Positions 8,972 through 18,637 are shown, numbered from the stretch's first letter. The stretch: 64,000 nt of DNA from an uncultured bacterium (GCA_937935255.1 CALGXT010000076.1:1658-65657); one strand, 5' to 3'. The notes: generated from the sequence alone by a model not told the origin. Numbers and translations are program-made.

Positions 8972-10299
8972 CCCCTTCGCGCACCAAGGATGTGAATCGC
9001 GCCGCGCCCGCGTCCTGGCGGCGGCGGGCCGTCGCGCTGACGCTGTGGATGCTGTGCGGCCCGGCCTTTGCGGCGGCGCAGATTTTCTTCAGTTTCCGAG
9101 CCGCCGATGGCGGCGGTCTCGGACGGATCGAAGTGGACGCGCAAACCGGTGATTTCATCGCGCAGGAGGCGGTGTATTCCGCGGCGACCGCGCGCGCCGC
9201 GTTCAAGGTCGCCCAATCGCCGGAGGGGTATGCCGCGTTGACCGTCAACGAACGCGGGCCCGAAAATTTCGTCTTTCGCGCGCCCGACGGTCGCGTGCGG
9301 ACGCTGTCCCTCCCCGATAAACTCGATGAAGTCCGCCTTCACGGTCGGCGCGCCCTCGTCGGCGGCGAAGAGGGCGGCGTGTACCTCGTTCGGCTGGACA
9401 CCGGGGAACTCGAGCGCTCCTGGAAGCTCGCGGAAGCGCTTCATCCGCCGGGACGACGGCCGGAAGATCTCCGGATCGAGCGCGAGGGCCGCCGGGCCTG
9501 GGTGACGCTGCAAAAGGACAGCAAAAAAGGGGATCGCGAGGGCCAGCGCGTGGTGTATCTCGACTTGGACAGCGGAGCGGCGCTCGCCGATTTGCGGCTG
9601 CCGCGGGATCGCGCCGACCTGCATTACGGGCGGGACGGCGATTTCCGTCAGCGCGGTCCGGGGCCGGAAATCGTGATGCCCTTCGAGTCCGCCGGCGTCC
9701 TGCTCGTCACGCTCGATTTATACGGGGCGATCGGATTCGCCGATTTGACGGAGGCCCGTCAAGGGCGCCTGACGAACTGGACCGTCCTGCCCACGGCGCC
9801 GGATGGGAGCTGGGGCGCGGCCTTCCCCGATCGCGTAGCCGCGTTCGCCGCGGGCGGGCGCGAATTCGCGCTTGTCCTCAACGCCGGCGCGGCGGGCGGC
9901 GCGGCGGTCGCCGACGTGGCGAAGCGGAACATCGTGCAACGGTTGGCCGCGGGGCACGGTCTTTCCACGCCGGCGTTTGTTCCCGCCGCGCGCGCCGTCG
10001 TCGCCGCGAGCGGGGGCAAACTCAAGCGGCGGGGCGCCGAAGATGTGGAAAAAACCTTTCATCCTCGGGCTGAAATCGCGGTGTTCGATCTGACCGAGGA
10101 GGGCGGTCCGCTGGCGCTGCGCGTCGCGCCCACGGGCGATCCCGCGCATGCGCTGCGGCCCGTCGCTCCGGAATCGAGCGCGCTGATCCTGGTCAATGTC
10201 GGCGAATCGGCGGACGCCTGGCTGGTCATGGACATCCGCGACGGACGCATCCTCGGACGCCGCCCGGCGCTCGGGCGCGTGGAACGTCTGGCGCCGTAA
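8968..10299 (+). CDS. secreted hypothetical protein, translationally coupled to the iron ABC permease
   Basis: The ORF starts MTPSRTKDVNRAAPASWRRRAVALTLWMLCGPAFAAAQ, a signal peptide with a Tat-like RRR. Its ATG overlaps the permease stop. About 443 aa with no recognised domain. Confidence 0.55.
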   Translation: MTPSRTKDVNRAAPASWRRRAVALTLWMLCGPAFAAAQIFFSFRAADGGGLGRIEVDAQTGDFIAQEAVYSAATARAAFKVAQSPEGYAALTVNERGPENFVFRAPDGRVRTLSLPDKLDEVRLHGRRALVGGEEGGVYLVRLDTGELERSWKLAEALHPPGRRPEDLRIEREGRRAWVTLQKDSKKGDREGQRVVYLDLDSGAALADLRLPRDRADLHYGRDGDFRQRGPGPEIVMPFESAGVLLVTLDLYGAIGFADLTEARQGRLTNWTVLPTAPDGSWGAAFPDRVAAFAAGGREFALVLNAGAAGGAAVADVAKRNIVQRLAAGHGLSTPAFVPAARAVVAASGGKLKRRGAEDVEKTFHPRAEIAVFDLTEEGGPLALRVAPTGDPAHALRPVAPESSALILVNVGESADAWLVMDIRDGRILGRRPALGRVERLAP

Positions 10300-10688
10300 G
10301 GCGAGGATCGCGGCGGCGCGGAGATTCGCTTTTTCCCGGCGCCGCACAGGGAACGCGGGCGGCGGGGCGGCCAGAATCTTCGCGCCAGGCTCCGGCGTCG
10401 CGCAAAGACATCGCTCCCCCTCGCGGTGGTCGCGACGTCGCAGAGCGCCGCCCACCATCGTGTTTTTCGCGGTTTTTCCGCGGGCCGGCGCCTGAAGCGG
10501 CGAACGTCGGCCTTCGCGCTCGCGCGGCGGCGGCGTCGGACCTCGAACCCGCGCAAACGGAACGAGCGGATCTCTCGCCAGGCGCGCACGCGCGGCGATC
10601 CTCCGGGGCCGCCGCGCCGCCGCCCGCGCGCTTGCTCCGTGCGTTCGGCTGGTCTATCTTGGCGCTTTGTCACGGCGGGAGCGACATC

Positions 10689-13600
10689 ATGCTGGAGTCT
10701 GTTTCGAGCAAGGTGAGCTTTCCGGAGATGGAGCGCGAAGTGCTCCGTTTCTGGGAGGAGCGGGATATTTTCAAGAAATCGCTGGCGCAGCGCGAGGGCG
10801 CGCCGGAGTTCATTTTCTACGACGGCCCCCCGTTCGCCACCGGCCTGCCCCACTACGGCCATCTGCTCGCGGGCACGATCAAGGACATCGTCCCGCGCTA
10901 TCAGACGATGCGGGGCTTTCACGTCGAGCGGCGCTTCGGCTGGGATTGCCACGGATTGCCGATCGAGGCGCTGGCGCAAGAGGCGCTCGGGCTGGCGGGC
11001 GCCGGCGCGATCGTGGCCCGGGGCGTCGCCGCGTTCAACGAACAATGCCGCTCGATGGTGCTGCGCTATGTCGGCGAGTGGCGGAAGATCGTCGCGCGCA
11101 TGGGCCGCTGGGTGGACTTCGACAACGACTACAAGACCATGGACCTCACCTTCATGGAAACGGTGTGGTGGGTCTTCAAACAGCTCTGGGATCAGGGGCG
11201 CGTCTATCGCTCTTACCGCATCATGCCCTATAGTTGGAAGCTCAACACCCCGCTCTCCAACTTTGAGGCCGGATCGAACTATCAGGAGGTGCAGGACCCC
11301 TCGATCACGTGCCGACTGCGCGTGACCTCGGGCCCCGCCGCGGCCGGCGCGCCGTGGTATCTGCTGATCTGGACAACGACGCCCTGGACACTGCCGGCGA
11401 ACCTCGCCGTGTGCGTCGGGCCGGACATCGAATACGCCGCCGTACGCGACCGCGCCGACGGCAATGTCTACGTCCTCGCCGAGGCGCGGCTCTCGGCCTA
11501 TTACAAGAAACCGGAAGAATACGAGCGCGTCACCGCGTTCAAAGGGCGCGACCTCGTCGGCTGGCGCTACGAGCCGCTGTTCCCCTACTATGCCGATCGC
11601 GCCAACGCCTTCCGCGTGCTCGCCGACGATTTCGTCAGCACCGAGGACGGCGCCGGCATCGTGCATATCGCGCCGGCGTACGGCGAGGACGACTTCCGCG
11701 TCGGCCGCGCCGCCGGACTCGAACTCGCCGACCCGCTCGACGCGAACTGCGCGTTCACCGATCCGGTCGTCGAATACCGCGGCCAGTTCTGCAAGGACGC
11801 CGACAAGGCGATCGTCAAGCGGCTCAAGGCCGAGGGAAAGCTGGTCCATCAATCCACGATCGTTCACAGCTACCCCTTCTGCGAGCGCACCGACACGCCG
11901 CTCATTTACCGCGCCATCGAGGCGTGGTACGTCCGCGTCGAAGATTTGCGCGACCGCCTCGCGGCGGCGAACGCCGAGGCGCATTGGGTGCCGTCGTATG
12001 TCGGCGAAAAGCGTTTCGGCAACTGGCTGCGCGAGGCGCGCGACTGGAACATCAGCCGCAACCGCTTCTGGGGCTCATGCATCCCCGTCTGGATCGCCGA
12101 GGACGGCTCCGACCAAATTTGTGTCGGCTCGATCCGCGAACTGGAGGAGCTTTCGGGCCGCAAAGTGACCGACTTGCACAAGCACGTCGTGGACGAGATC
12201 ACGTTCGTTCGCAACGGCAAGACCTACCGCCGCACGCCGGAGGTCTTCGACTGCTGGTTCGAATCCGGCTCGATGCCCTATGCGCAGCACCATTACCCTT
12301 TCGAGCGCGGCGGGGAGCTCGATCGCATCTTCCCGGCGCATTTCATCGCCGAAGGGCTCGATCAGACGCGCGGCTGGTTCTACACGCTGCTCGTGCTTTC
12401 GGTCGCGCTGTTCGACCGCAGCGCCTACCGCAACGTGGTGGTCAACGGTCTCATTCTCGCCGCCGACGGGCGCAAGATGAGCAAGCGCCTGAAGAACTAC
12501 CCCGACCCGGCGCACATTCTCGAGACCTACGGCGCCGACGCGCTCCGCCTCTACATGATCCACTCGCCCGTCGTGCGCGCCGAGGACCTCTGTTTCACCG
12601 AAGACGGCGTGAAACACGCGCTGCGGCATTTGCTGATCCCGCTCTGGAACGCCTACGTCTTTTTCGTCACCTACGCGCGGGTGGACGGCTGGCGCCCCGG
12701 CCGCGCCGCCGCCGATGCCTCCGGCGCGGGCGCGCGCAGCGGCGACCTGCTCGACCGCTGGATTCGCAGCCGGCTCGACTGGCTCACCCAGACCGTCACC
12801 GCCGCGATGGACGCCTACGACCTGCAGGGCGCGGTGCGACCGTTCGTGGATTTCATTGACGACCTGACCAACTGGTACATCCGCCGCTCGCGCCGCCGGT
12901 TCTGGAAATCCACCGACGACGCCGACAAGGCCGCCGCGTACGCCACGCTCTACGAAGTGCTGCTGCGCCTCTCCAAGATCGCCGCGCCCTTCGTGCCTTT
13001 CGTGGCCGAGAAAATCTACGGCAATTTACGCGCGGACGATAGGCCCGAATCGGTCCACTTGTGCGATTTTCCCGCCGTTTCCGGCGCGGAGCGCGATCTC
13101 GAGCTCGAAGCGGAAATGGAAGCGGTGAAGACGGTCGTCGCGCTGGGACGGCAATTGCGCGTGCAACACGATCTCAAGGTGCGCCAGCCGCTCGCGCTGC
13201 TCCATATCGCCTCGCGCGACCGCGCGCTGCTCGCGCGGCTGGAGGCCGTGCAGGACCTCGTCGCCGACGAGCTGAACGTCAAGCGCGTGCGCTTCCTGGC
13301 GGACGAGTCGCACCTCGCCCGTTTCTCGGCCAAGCCGAATTTCCGCGTCCTCGGCCCGAAACTCGGCGGCGCCATGTCGCAGGCCGCCGCCGTGATCAAA
13401 AACCTCGACGCCGAGCACATCCTGCGGCTGCTCGACGGCGAGCGCGTCGCCATCGAAGTCGGCGGCAAGACCATCGAAATCGGCAGCGAGGAAGTGATCG
13501 TCGAGCGCACGCCGCGCGAGGGGCTCGCGGTCAGCGCCGAGGGCGGCATCGTCGTGGCGATGGAAACCGCGCTGACGCCGGCGCTGATCGCCGAGGGTCT

Positions 13601-13844
13601 CGCGCGCGAAGCGGTCAACCGCATCCAAAACCAGCGCAAGACGGCGGATTTGGACGTCGCGCAGCGCATCCGCTTGCGGTTCACGGGCGACGACGCCGTG
13701 CGCGCGGCCTTCGAGAAGCATGCCGACTACATTTGCGCGGAGACGCTGTGCGTCGGCTGGGAATGGGCGACCGCGCTGGATAAACCCGACTGGTTCGGCG
13801 ACCTCAACGGCCATCCGGCGGCGTTCACGTTGACGCCGGAGTGA
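10689..13844 (+). CDS. ileS: isoleucine--tRNA ligase
   Basis: Class I HIGH motif (PHYGHLLAGTIKD) and KMSKS motif (KMSKRL) are present. Length is about 1050 aa. Family characteristic sequences include WTTTPWTLPAN and the editing domain. The probable start is MLESVSSKVSFPEM. Confidence 0.95.
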   Translation: MLESVSSKVSFPEMEREVLRFWEERDIFKKSLAQREGAPEFIFYDGPPFATGLPHYGHLLAGTIKDIVPRYQTMRGFHVERRFGWDCHGLPIEALAQEALGLAGAGAIVARGVAAFNEQCRSMVLRYVGEWRKIVARMGRWVDFDNDYKTMDLTFMETVWWVFKQLWDQGRVYRSYRIMPYSWKLNTPLSNFEAGSNYQEVQDPSITCRLRVTSGPAAAGAPWYLLIWTTTPWTLPANLAVCVGPDIEYAAVRDRADGNVYVLAEARLSAYYKKPEEYERVTAFKGRDLVGWRYEPLFPYYADRANAFRVLADDFVSTEDGAGIVHIAPAYGEDDFRVGRAAGLELADPLDANCAFTDPVVEYRGQFCKDADKAIVKRLKAEGKLVHQSTIVHSYPFCERTDTPLIYRAIEAWYVRVEDLRDRLAAANAEAHWVPSYVGEKRFGNWLREARDWNISRNRFWGSCIPVWIAEDGSDQICVGSIRELEELSGRKVTDLHKHVVDEITFVRNGKTYRRTPEVFDCWFESGSMPYAQHHYPFERGGELDRIFPAHFIAEGLDQTRGWFYTLLVLSVALFDRSAYRNVVVNGLILAADGRKMSKRLKNYPDPAHILETYGADALRLYMIHSPVVRAEDLCFTEDGVKHALRHLLIPLWNAYVFFVTYARVDGWRPGRAAADASGAGARSGDLLDRWIRSRLDWLTQTVTAAMDAYDLQGAVRPFVDFIDDLTNWYIRRSRRRFWKSTDDADKAAAYATLYEVLLRLSKIAAPFVPFVAEKIYGNLRADDRPESVHLCDFPAVSGAERDLELEAEMEAVKTVVALGRQLRVQHDLKVRQPLALLHIASRDRALLARLEAVQDLVADELNVKRVRFLADESHLARFSAKPNFRVLGPKLGGAMSQAAAVIKNLDAEHILRLLDGERVAIEVGGKTIEIGSEEVIVERTPREGLAVSAEGGIVVAMETALTPALIAEGLAREAVNRIQNQRKTADLDVAQRIRLRFTGDDAVRAAFEKHADYICAETLCVGWEWATALDKPDWFGDLNGHPAAFTLTPE

Positions 13845-13848
13845 GCGA

Positions 13849-13899
13849 TTTTCCAAGGGTTGGAAGTAAACCCGCCACAGTTTTCCAAGCCTTGGAAAC
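13849..13899. repeat. pair of palindromic repeats TTTTCCAAGGGTTGGAAG / TTTTCCAAGCCTTGGAAAC (locus B of a four-locus family)
   Basis: Read directly from the sequence, immediately after the ileS stop. Each copy has 6-8 bp inverted arms around a 3-nt centre; the spacer between copies is 14 nt. Confidence 0.8.
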
Positions 13900-14123
13900 G
13901 CCGATCGCGTCAAAGCCGCCGGACGACGCCGGCACGCGGCGCGTCGGCGCCGAACCCTAAATCCACGGCTTGCGACCGCGCTTCCGAAAGCAGCGGGCGG
14001 CACCGCGGATGATCGGAATGCCGCTCGATTTGCGGGCGCGAGAGCGCCCGGAACGCCCCCGCTGTCGGCGGAAACGGTTCGCGGTTTTCGCGGGCGACGG
14101 GCCGAGGGCGGCGGGATCGGTCA

Positions 14124-14153
14124 GGGACAATTCCACGCCGTTGTTCGCATAAT
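14124..14153 (+). promoter_or_regulatory. putative sigma70-like promoter upstream of the ECF sigma operon
   Basis: GGGACA (-35-like) and CATAAT (-10-like) are separated by 18 nt, about 125 nt upstream of the sigma factor start. This is a weak, purely sequence-based call. Confidence 0.2.
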
Positions 14154-14279
14154 CTCCATTTCCCGATTCGTCTTGCTCCGCCGCGGCGGGCGCGGCATGC
14201 TGCCGGGCGTTTCATCGTCAAATCAAAATATTTCCTCCCCCCTTTCGTTTATAAGGCGAATGGAGCGGGCGGAGATGCA

Positions 14280-14858
14280 ATGGCCGAGATGCAACCGATC
14301 GAACGGGAATGGCTCGAGCAATATCGCCGGGGCGACCTGGAAGCGCTCGGAAAGCTTGTGGAGCAGTATCGCCGCCCGCTGTTCTCGTTCATTCTCAAGA
14401 TGACCGAAGGCCGGGGCGATCCGGAAGAGGTCTTTCAGGAAACGTGGATTCGGGCCATTCGGAATCTGGACCGCTTCGATGACCAGAATCTTCTCGGTTG
14501 GCTTTTCCGCATCGCCCATAACCTGGTGATTGACCGGGCGCGCAAGTTGCGTCCGGAGGTGCGGCCGGAGCTGCGCACCGGCCAGTCGGCGACGACGTGG
14601 TTCGATCAGGTGCCGGGCGGCGGCGCAGGACCGGCGACGGTGGCCGCGGACAACGACCTGGGGAAACGGATTTCCGCGGCGGTCGAGCGCCTGCCCCCGG
14701 AGCAGCGGGAAGTGTTCCTGTTGCGCATGGACAGCGACATGTCGTTCAAGGACATCGCGAAGGTGCAGGGCGTTTCGATCAATACGGCCCTCGCGCGGAT
14801 GCATTATGCGGTGCGCAAGCTGCGCGAGATGTTGAAAGACACGTACGAGAAATTATGA
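14280..14858 (+). CDS. RNA polymerase sigma-70 factor, ECF subfamily
   Basis: Sigma region 2 (LVEQYRRPLFSFILKMT, ETWIRAIRNLDRFD) and sigma region 4 HTH (LPPEQREVFLLRMDSDMSFKDIAKVQGVSINTALARM) are present. Length is 192 aa. Confidence 0.85.
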   Translation: MAEMQPIEREWLEQYRRGDLEALGKLVEQYRRPLFSFILKMTEGRGDPEEVFQETWIRAIRNLDRFDDQNLLGWLFRIAHNLVIDRARKLRPEVRPELRTGQSATTWFDQVPGGGAGPATVAADNDLGKRISAAVERLPPEQREVFLLRMDSDMSFKDIAKVQGVSINTALARMHYAVRKLREMLKDTYEKL

Positions 14859-14871
14859 ATCGAGGTTCACC

Positions 14872-15429
14872 ATGAACTGCAAAAGGGCGCGAACCTGGCT
14901 GCTGCTGGCGGAAACCGGCGAATTGACGCCGGAGCGGCGCCGGCGGCTCGAGGAGCACATCGCGGCTTGCGCGGCGTGCGAACGCTATGCGGCGTCGCTG
15001 CGCGCGCTGCGCGGCGAGTATTCGACGGAAGCCCCGCCGCACACGGCGACGCCGCCGCCCACACTGAACGCGATTTTGCTCGCGGCCCGCGAGACCGTCG
15101 TGCAGCCGGCGCCGAAGCGGCGGAGCGTGTGGTTCGCGGACTGGACGTTGGCCGAGCGCGCGCTCGCCGCCGCCGCGGTGCTATTGGCGGCGCTCGGGCT
15201 GACCGTATTGCTGTCGCGCGCGCCCCGCCGCGCCGCCGTCGTCGCGCTGGATAACGCGCTGATCGAGCGGCAAGTGGCGGCGGCCGTCGAGGCGATGGAG
15301 GCGGACTGGACCGCCTGGGAAGGCGAAATGGCCCTCGTGGCGCTCGAATTCGGCGACTGGTACCTGCTCGCCGGCGACGCCGCGGACGAGCCGGCCATCG
15401 CGCCGGCAGTTTTCGAGGTGGGCATATGA
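14872..15429 (+). CDS. anti-sigma factor, zf-HC2 type, membrane-anchored
   Basis: An HxxxCxxC motif (HIAACAACERY) lies near the N-terminus. A central hydrophobic helix (LAAAAVLLAALGLTVLL) is present. The gene sits 14 nt after the sigma factor. Confidence 0.7.
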   Translation: MNCKRARTWLLLAETGELTPERRRRLEEHIAACAACERYAASLRALRGEYSTEAPPHTATPPPTLNAILLAARETVVQPAPKRRSVWFADWTLAERALAAAAVLLAALGLTVLLSRAPRRAAVVALDNALIERQVAAAVEAMEADWTAWEGEMALVALEFGDWYLLAGDAADEPAIAPAVFEVGI

Positions 15430-16178
15430 AAACGCAACACGGAATTTTGACCCTGTGCGTCGCCTCTCTTTTCGCGGCGGCGATTCGCGCGGATGATGCG
15501 ACCGGCGATCCGCCGGCGCGGACGACGGACGACGAAGCGCCGCCGATAGCGATCGCCGCTCCACCGACGTCTCCGTTGGAATCGGGGCGGCGCGTCGGTC
15601 CCCCGCCGCGGCCCTTCGGCCCGCCGTCGGAATCGGACTTCAAAGAAGGCGCAGTGCTGCGCTGGCTGGATCGTCTGCGCGAGGCCCATCCGGAGGAGTT
15701 CGCGCGGATGCGGCATCTGCGCGAGACGCAGCCGGAAAAATTCCGGGAGGAGATGCGCCGCCGCATCCAGCGGCGTCTGCTGATCGAAGAAGGCGGATCG
15801 CCGTTCGCGAAGGCCGAGGAAGGCGGACCGCGTCGGGAAGCCAAACCCCCGCCCCGGCTGGAACGCGATCCCGAAATGGAACGGCTGGAGCGCGAATTGG
15901 TCGCGCTGGTGCGCGAGTTTCATTCGACCGATGCGCCGGAGCGCCGCGAGGAGATTCAGCGCCGCATCCGCAACCTGATCCGGGAAGCGATGGAGCGGCG
16001 CGAGGCGGTCTGGGCCGCTCGGGTGCGGCAGATGCGCCGGGAGTTGACGGATCTCGAGGAACGGCTGGATCGCTGGCGTGAAAATCGCGATGCAACGATC
16101 GAGCAGCGGCTCCAGATGATGCTGGAGAAAACGCCCCAACCGCCGCCGGAGCCGCCGCCCCCGCCGCCGGCCGCTTGA
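15426..16178 (+). CDS. periplasmic coiled-coil protein with proline-rich C-terminus (Spy/CpxP-like envelope stress protein candidate)
   Basis: The ORF starts MKTQHGILTLCVASLFAAAIRA, a signal peptide. Its ATG overlaps the anti-sigma stop (ATGA). The central region is rich in charged coiled-coil residues, and the C-terminus is PQPPPEPPPPPPAA. Confidence 0.55.
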   Translation: MKTQHGILTLCVASLFAAAIRADDATGDPPARTTDDEAPPIAIAAPPTSPLESGRRVGPPPRPFGPPSESDFKEGAVLRWLDRLREAHPEEFARMRHLRETQPEKFREEMRRRIQRRLLIEEGGSPFAKAEEGGPRREAKPPPRLERDPEMERLERELVALVREFHSTDAPERREEIQRRIRNLIREAMERREAVWAARVRQMRRELTDLEERLDRWRENRDATIEQRLQMMLEKTPQPPPEPPPPPPAA

Positions 16179-16241
16179 GGCGTGCGCATTGATCGGCGAC
16201 TGTCGTCTTGGAGAATCGAAGTTCACTTCCGGAATGCCGTG

Positions 16242-18635
16242 TCACACGGGTTTTCCCATCGTAACCCGCACCGTGTGGCGGGGCGCCGTGGGCAAGGGCA
16301 GCTTGTTGCCGTGAATTCGACATCCGTCGAGGCGTAATTCCTTCACACCGGTTTCGACGCCGTCCGGATTCTCGAAGCGGATTTCGTACTCGCTGCCGCG
16401 GAATCGGCGATGCAGCGAAAACACTTTCCAAACAGGGTCCACGGCGGGCGCAATTCGAAGGCCGTCCATTTCCGCCCGTACGCCGATGATATAATCGGTC
16501 ATGGCCCGGAACATCCACGCCGCCGTTCCGGTCAGCCAATGGAAAGCGCCCTCGCCGAACCGGTCGCCCGCGCCCGGCCCGGCGCAGTATTGCGAATAAA
16601 CATAGGGCTCGACGGCGTATTGGCGCGCATCGCGTTGGAACGGCAAAATCTTTCGATATAGGGCCACGGCTTCCCGCCCTCGTCCGAGCAGTGCGCGCGC
16701 CACCACATGGAACGCGCTGACGTGGGAAAACACAGCGCCATTTTCTTTCCGACCCGGCAGAAACGCTGAAATGAGACCGACGCTGGGGTCATACACGGTG
16801 TACGCCGGCGCGAGGTTGGTCATGCCAAAAGGCGTCTCCAGACGCCGGGCGGCCGCGTCCATACAGACATTCAGCCGCGATTTATCCGATATTCCCGCCA
16901 TCACCGCCCACGTTTGGGAATTAATCCAGATGCAGCCTTCCTGCTCGCCCTTTACCCCGAGGGGGCGGCCATCGTCGCGAAAAGCGCGCACGAACCATTC
17001 GCCGTCCCAGCAAAATTCGTTCATGATCCGCCGAAGTTCCTCGGCGCGCGCGCGGTAGCGTTGCAGCCTAGAATCGGCGCCCCAGCCTTCCAGCAACGGC
17101 GCGATTTCCCCGATTGCGTAGCATAGAAACTGGGCCAGCCAGACGCTTTCGCCCCGACCCGCGGCGCCCACGCGATTGGCGGCGTCGTTCCAATCGCCTT
17201 TCCCCATCAGTGGTAGCCCGTGTGGACCGCGCTGCTCCAGCAGGCGTTCCATGCCGGTCAGCATGACTTCGTAGACGGTCGAATCGGTTCCATCCATGAG
17301 AGAAACCGACATGTCGAGCAAATCCATATCTCCGGTTTCGCGCAGGTAGTCCGCTACCGCCAGCACGAACCAGAGCGGGAGATCCACCTTGGGCGACGGG
17401 CCTTCGGGCAGACCCGCGCGGTTGCAGCCCCCGCACGCCTGCCCGTCCGCGAAGAAGAAGCCGGCGATGCGGAGCAGATTCCGTTTGGCCAGGTCCGGCG
17501 CCAGCGGGGTGACGCCGAACGCATCCTGGCAACTGTCGCGCATCGCCGGATACTGGCCCTTGTGAAAGTAACTCGGTCCGCGGCCGAAATGGAAATTGAC
17601 CATCAATTGGAGCTTGTTCCACGTGTTCGTCATCCGGTCGAGATCCGGCTCGGGCGTCCGCACCGTCAGTGGCGCGAAAAGCGAGCGCCAGTGCGCGCGC
17701 GTCGCCTCCCAGGCCGGCTCGACGAACGCCGGATCGCGCAATCGGGCCGCCAGCGGTTCGGGATCGGCGTCGCGCGGCTGGATCGCGATCGCCACGTGAT
17801 TGTTCCAGCGGGCGCCGGGCGCCAGTGCCACCCGCCACTGGAAGACGGCCGCCAGATGCTGTCCCTGGGTCGGCGCCTCCGGCAGCCATTCGGACTCCAG
17901 TCCGGCCGGCGCGTCCAGATGCCGCATCGCCCCGATAAACGCATTGCGATCGGCTACGATTCGCTCCGGCGGCGCGGCGCTCACGACCAGCGCCTGGCGC
18001 GGCCAGACCTGGTTGTGCTCCGACCAGCCGTCTTCGGTGAACCAGAAGTTATGCTGTGCCAGCAGGCCATCCGCGCGCAGGGTCACGTCATGAAACAGGC
18101 TGTGGAAGGCCGTCTCGTGTTCGTAGAGCGAGATGTTGCCGAGCGAGAAGAACGCGCAGGTATAAATCGAGAGGCGGCGCGGGCGGCCGCTGGAATTCGC
18201 CAGCCCGAGACCCCAGATTTCCGCGTCGAGGTCCGGGGGCACGAAAAACCGCAGCTCCGCGTCCACGCCGCCGTAGGAGGATCGGATCGCCGTCGTGCCC
18301 GGCGCATGCCGCGCTTCGAACCGGTCGAACTTCCCGATCGGATGCGCATTCGCCGTCCAGACCTCGCCGGTTTCCTCGTCCTTCACGTAAACGATCCGCC
18401 CCGGCAGGTCGTCGTTCGCCTGGTGCAGCCCGCGCTGGAGAATGCCGTGCAGCCGGTGATCGACGTGAAAGCTGAACCCGCCGCCGACGTGCGAACATAG
18501 CGCGCAATAATCGCCGTTGGTCAGATAATTGATCCAAGGCCTCGGCGGACGCGGCGTCGTGACAACGTACTCGCGGCCATCTTCGGAAAAATGTCCGAAG
18601 GGGTTATCCGCGAAACATTCTCCACCCGGCGTCAT
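16242..18635 (-). CDS. GH94 family glycoside phosphorylase (cellobiose/chitobiose/beta-glucan phosphorylase-like)
   Basis: The N-terminus (MTPGGECFADNPFGHFSEDGREYVVTTPRPPRPWINYLTN) matches the GH94 N-terminal domain. The catalytic (alpha/alpha)6 region contains the conserved GH94 stretches GKGDWNDAAN and VWLAQFL. Length is about 800 aa. Confidence 0.85.
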   Translation of the reverse strand: MTPGGECFADNPFGHFSEDGREYVVTTPRPPRPWINYLTNGDYCALCSHVGGGFSFHVDHRLHGILQRGLHQANDDLPGRIVYVKDEETGEVWTANAHPIGKFDRFEARHAPGTTAIRSSYGGVDAELRFFVPPDLDAEIWGLGLANSSGRPRRLSIYTCAFFSLGNISLYEHETAFHSLFHDVTLRADGLLAQHNFWFTEDGWSEHNQVWPRQALVVSAAPPERIVADRNAFIGAMRHLDAPAGLESEWLPEAPTQGQHLAAVFQWRVALAPGARWNNHVAIAIQPRDADPEPLAARLRDPAFVEPAWEATRAHWRSLFAPLTVRTPEPDLDRMTNTWNKLQLMVNFHFGRGPSYFHKGQYPAMRDSCQDAFGVTPLAPDLAKRNLLRIAGFFFADGQACGGCNRAGLPEGPSPKVDLPLWFVLAVADYLRETGDMDLLDMSVSLMDGTDSTVYEVMLTGMERLLEQRGPHGLPLMGKGDWNDAANRVGAAGRGESVWLAQFLCYAIGEIAPLLEGWGADSRLQRYRARAEELRRIMNEFCWDGEWFVRAFRDDGRPLGVKGEQEGCIWINSQTWAVMAGISDKSRLNVCMDAAARRLETPFGMTNLAPAYTVYDPSVGLISAFLPGRKENGAVFSHVSAFHVVARALLGRGREAVALYRKILPFQRDARQYAVEPYVYSQYCAGPGAGDRFGEGAFHWLTGTAAWMFRAMTDYIIGVRAEMDGLRIAPAVDPVWKVFSLHRRFRGSEYEIRFENPDGVETGVKELRLDGCRIHGNKLPLPTAPRHTVRVTMGKPV

Positions 18636-18637
18636 AT

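Noticed and set aside
7045-10299. 1084-aa ORF spanning the permease and the secreted-protein gene
   Set aside because: Only the last 443 codons (from the ATG at 8968 with a signal peptide) look protein-like. The upstream part is an Arg-rich alternative frame of the permease gene.
10059-11984. 641-aa ORF antisense to ileS
   Set aside because: It lies entirely opposite a gene with unambiguous class I aaRS motifs. The translation is Arg/Ala-rich low complexity, typical of high-GC antisense frames.
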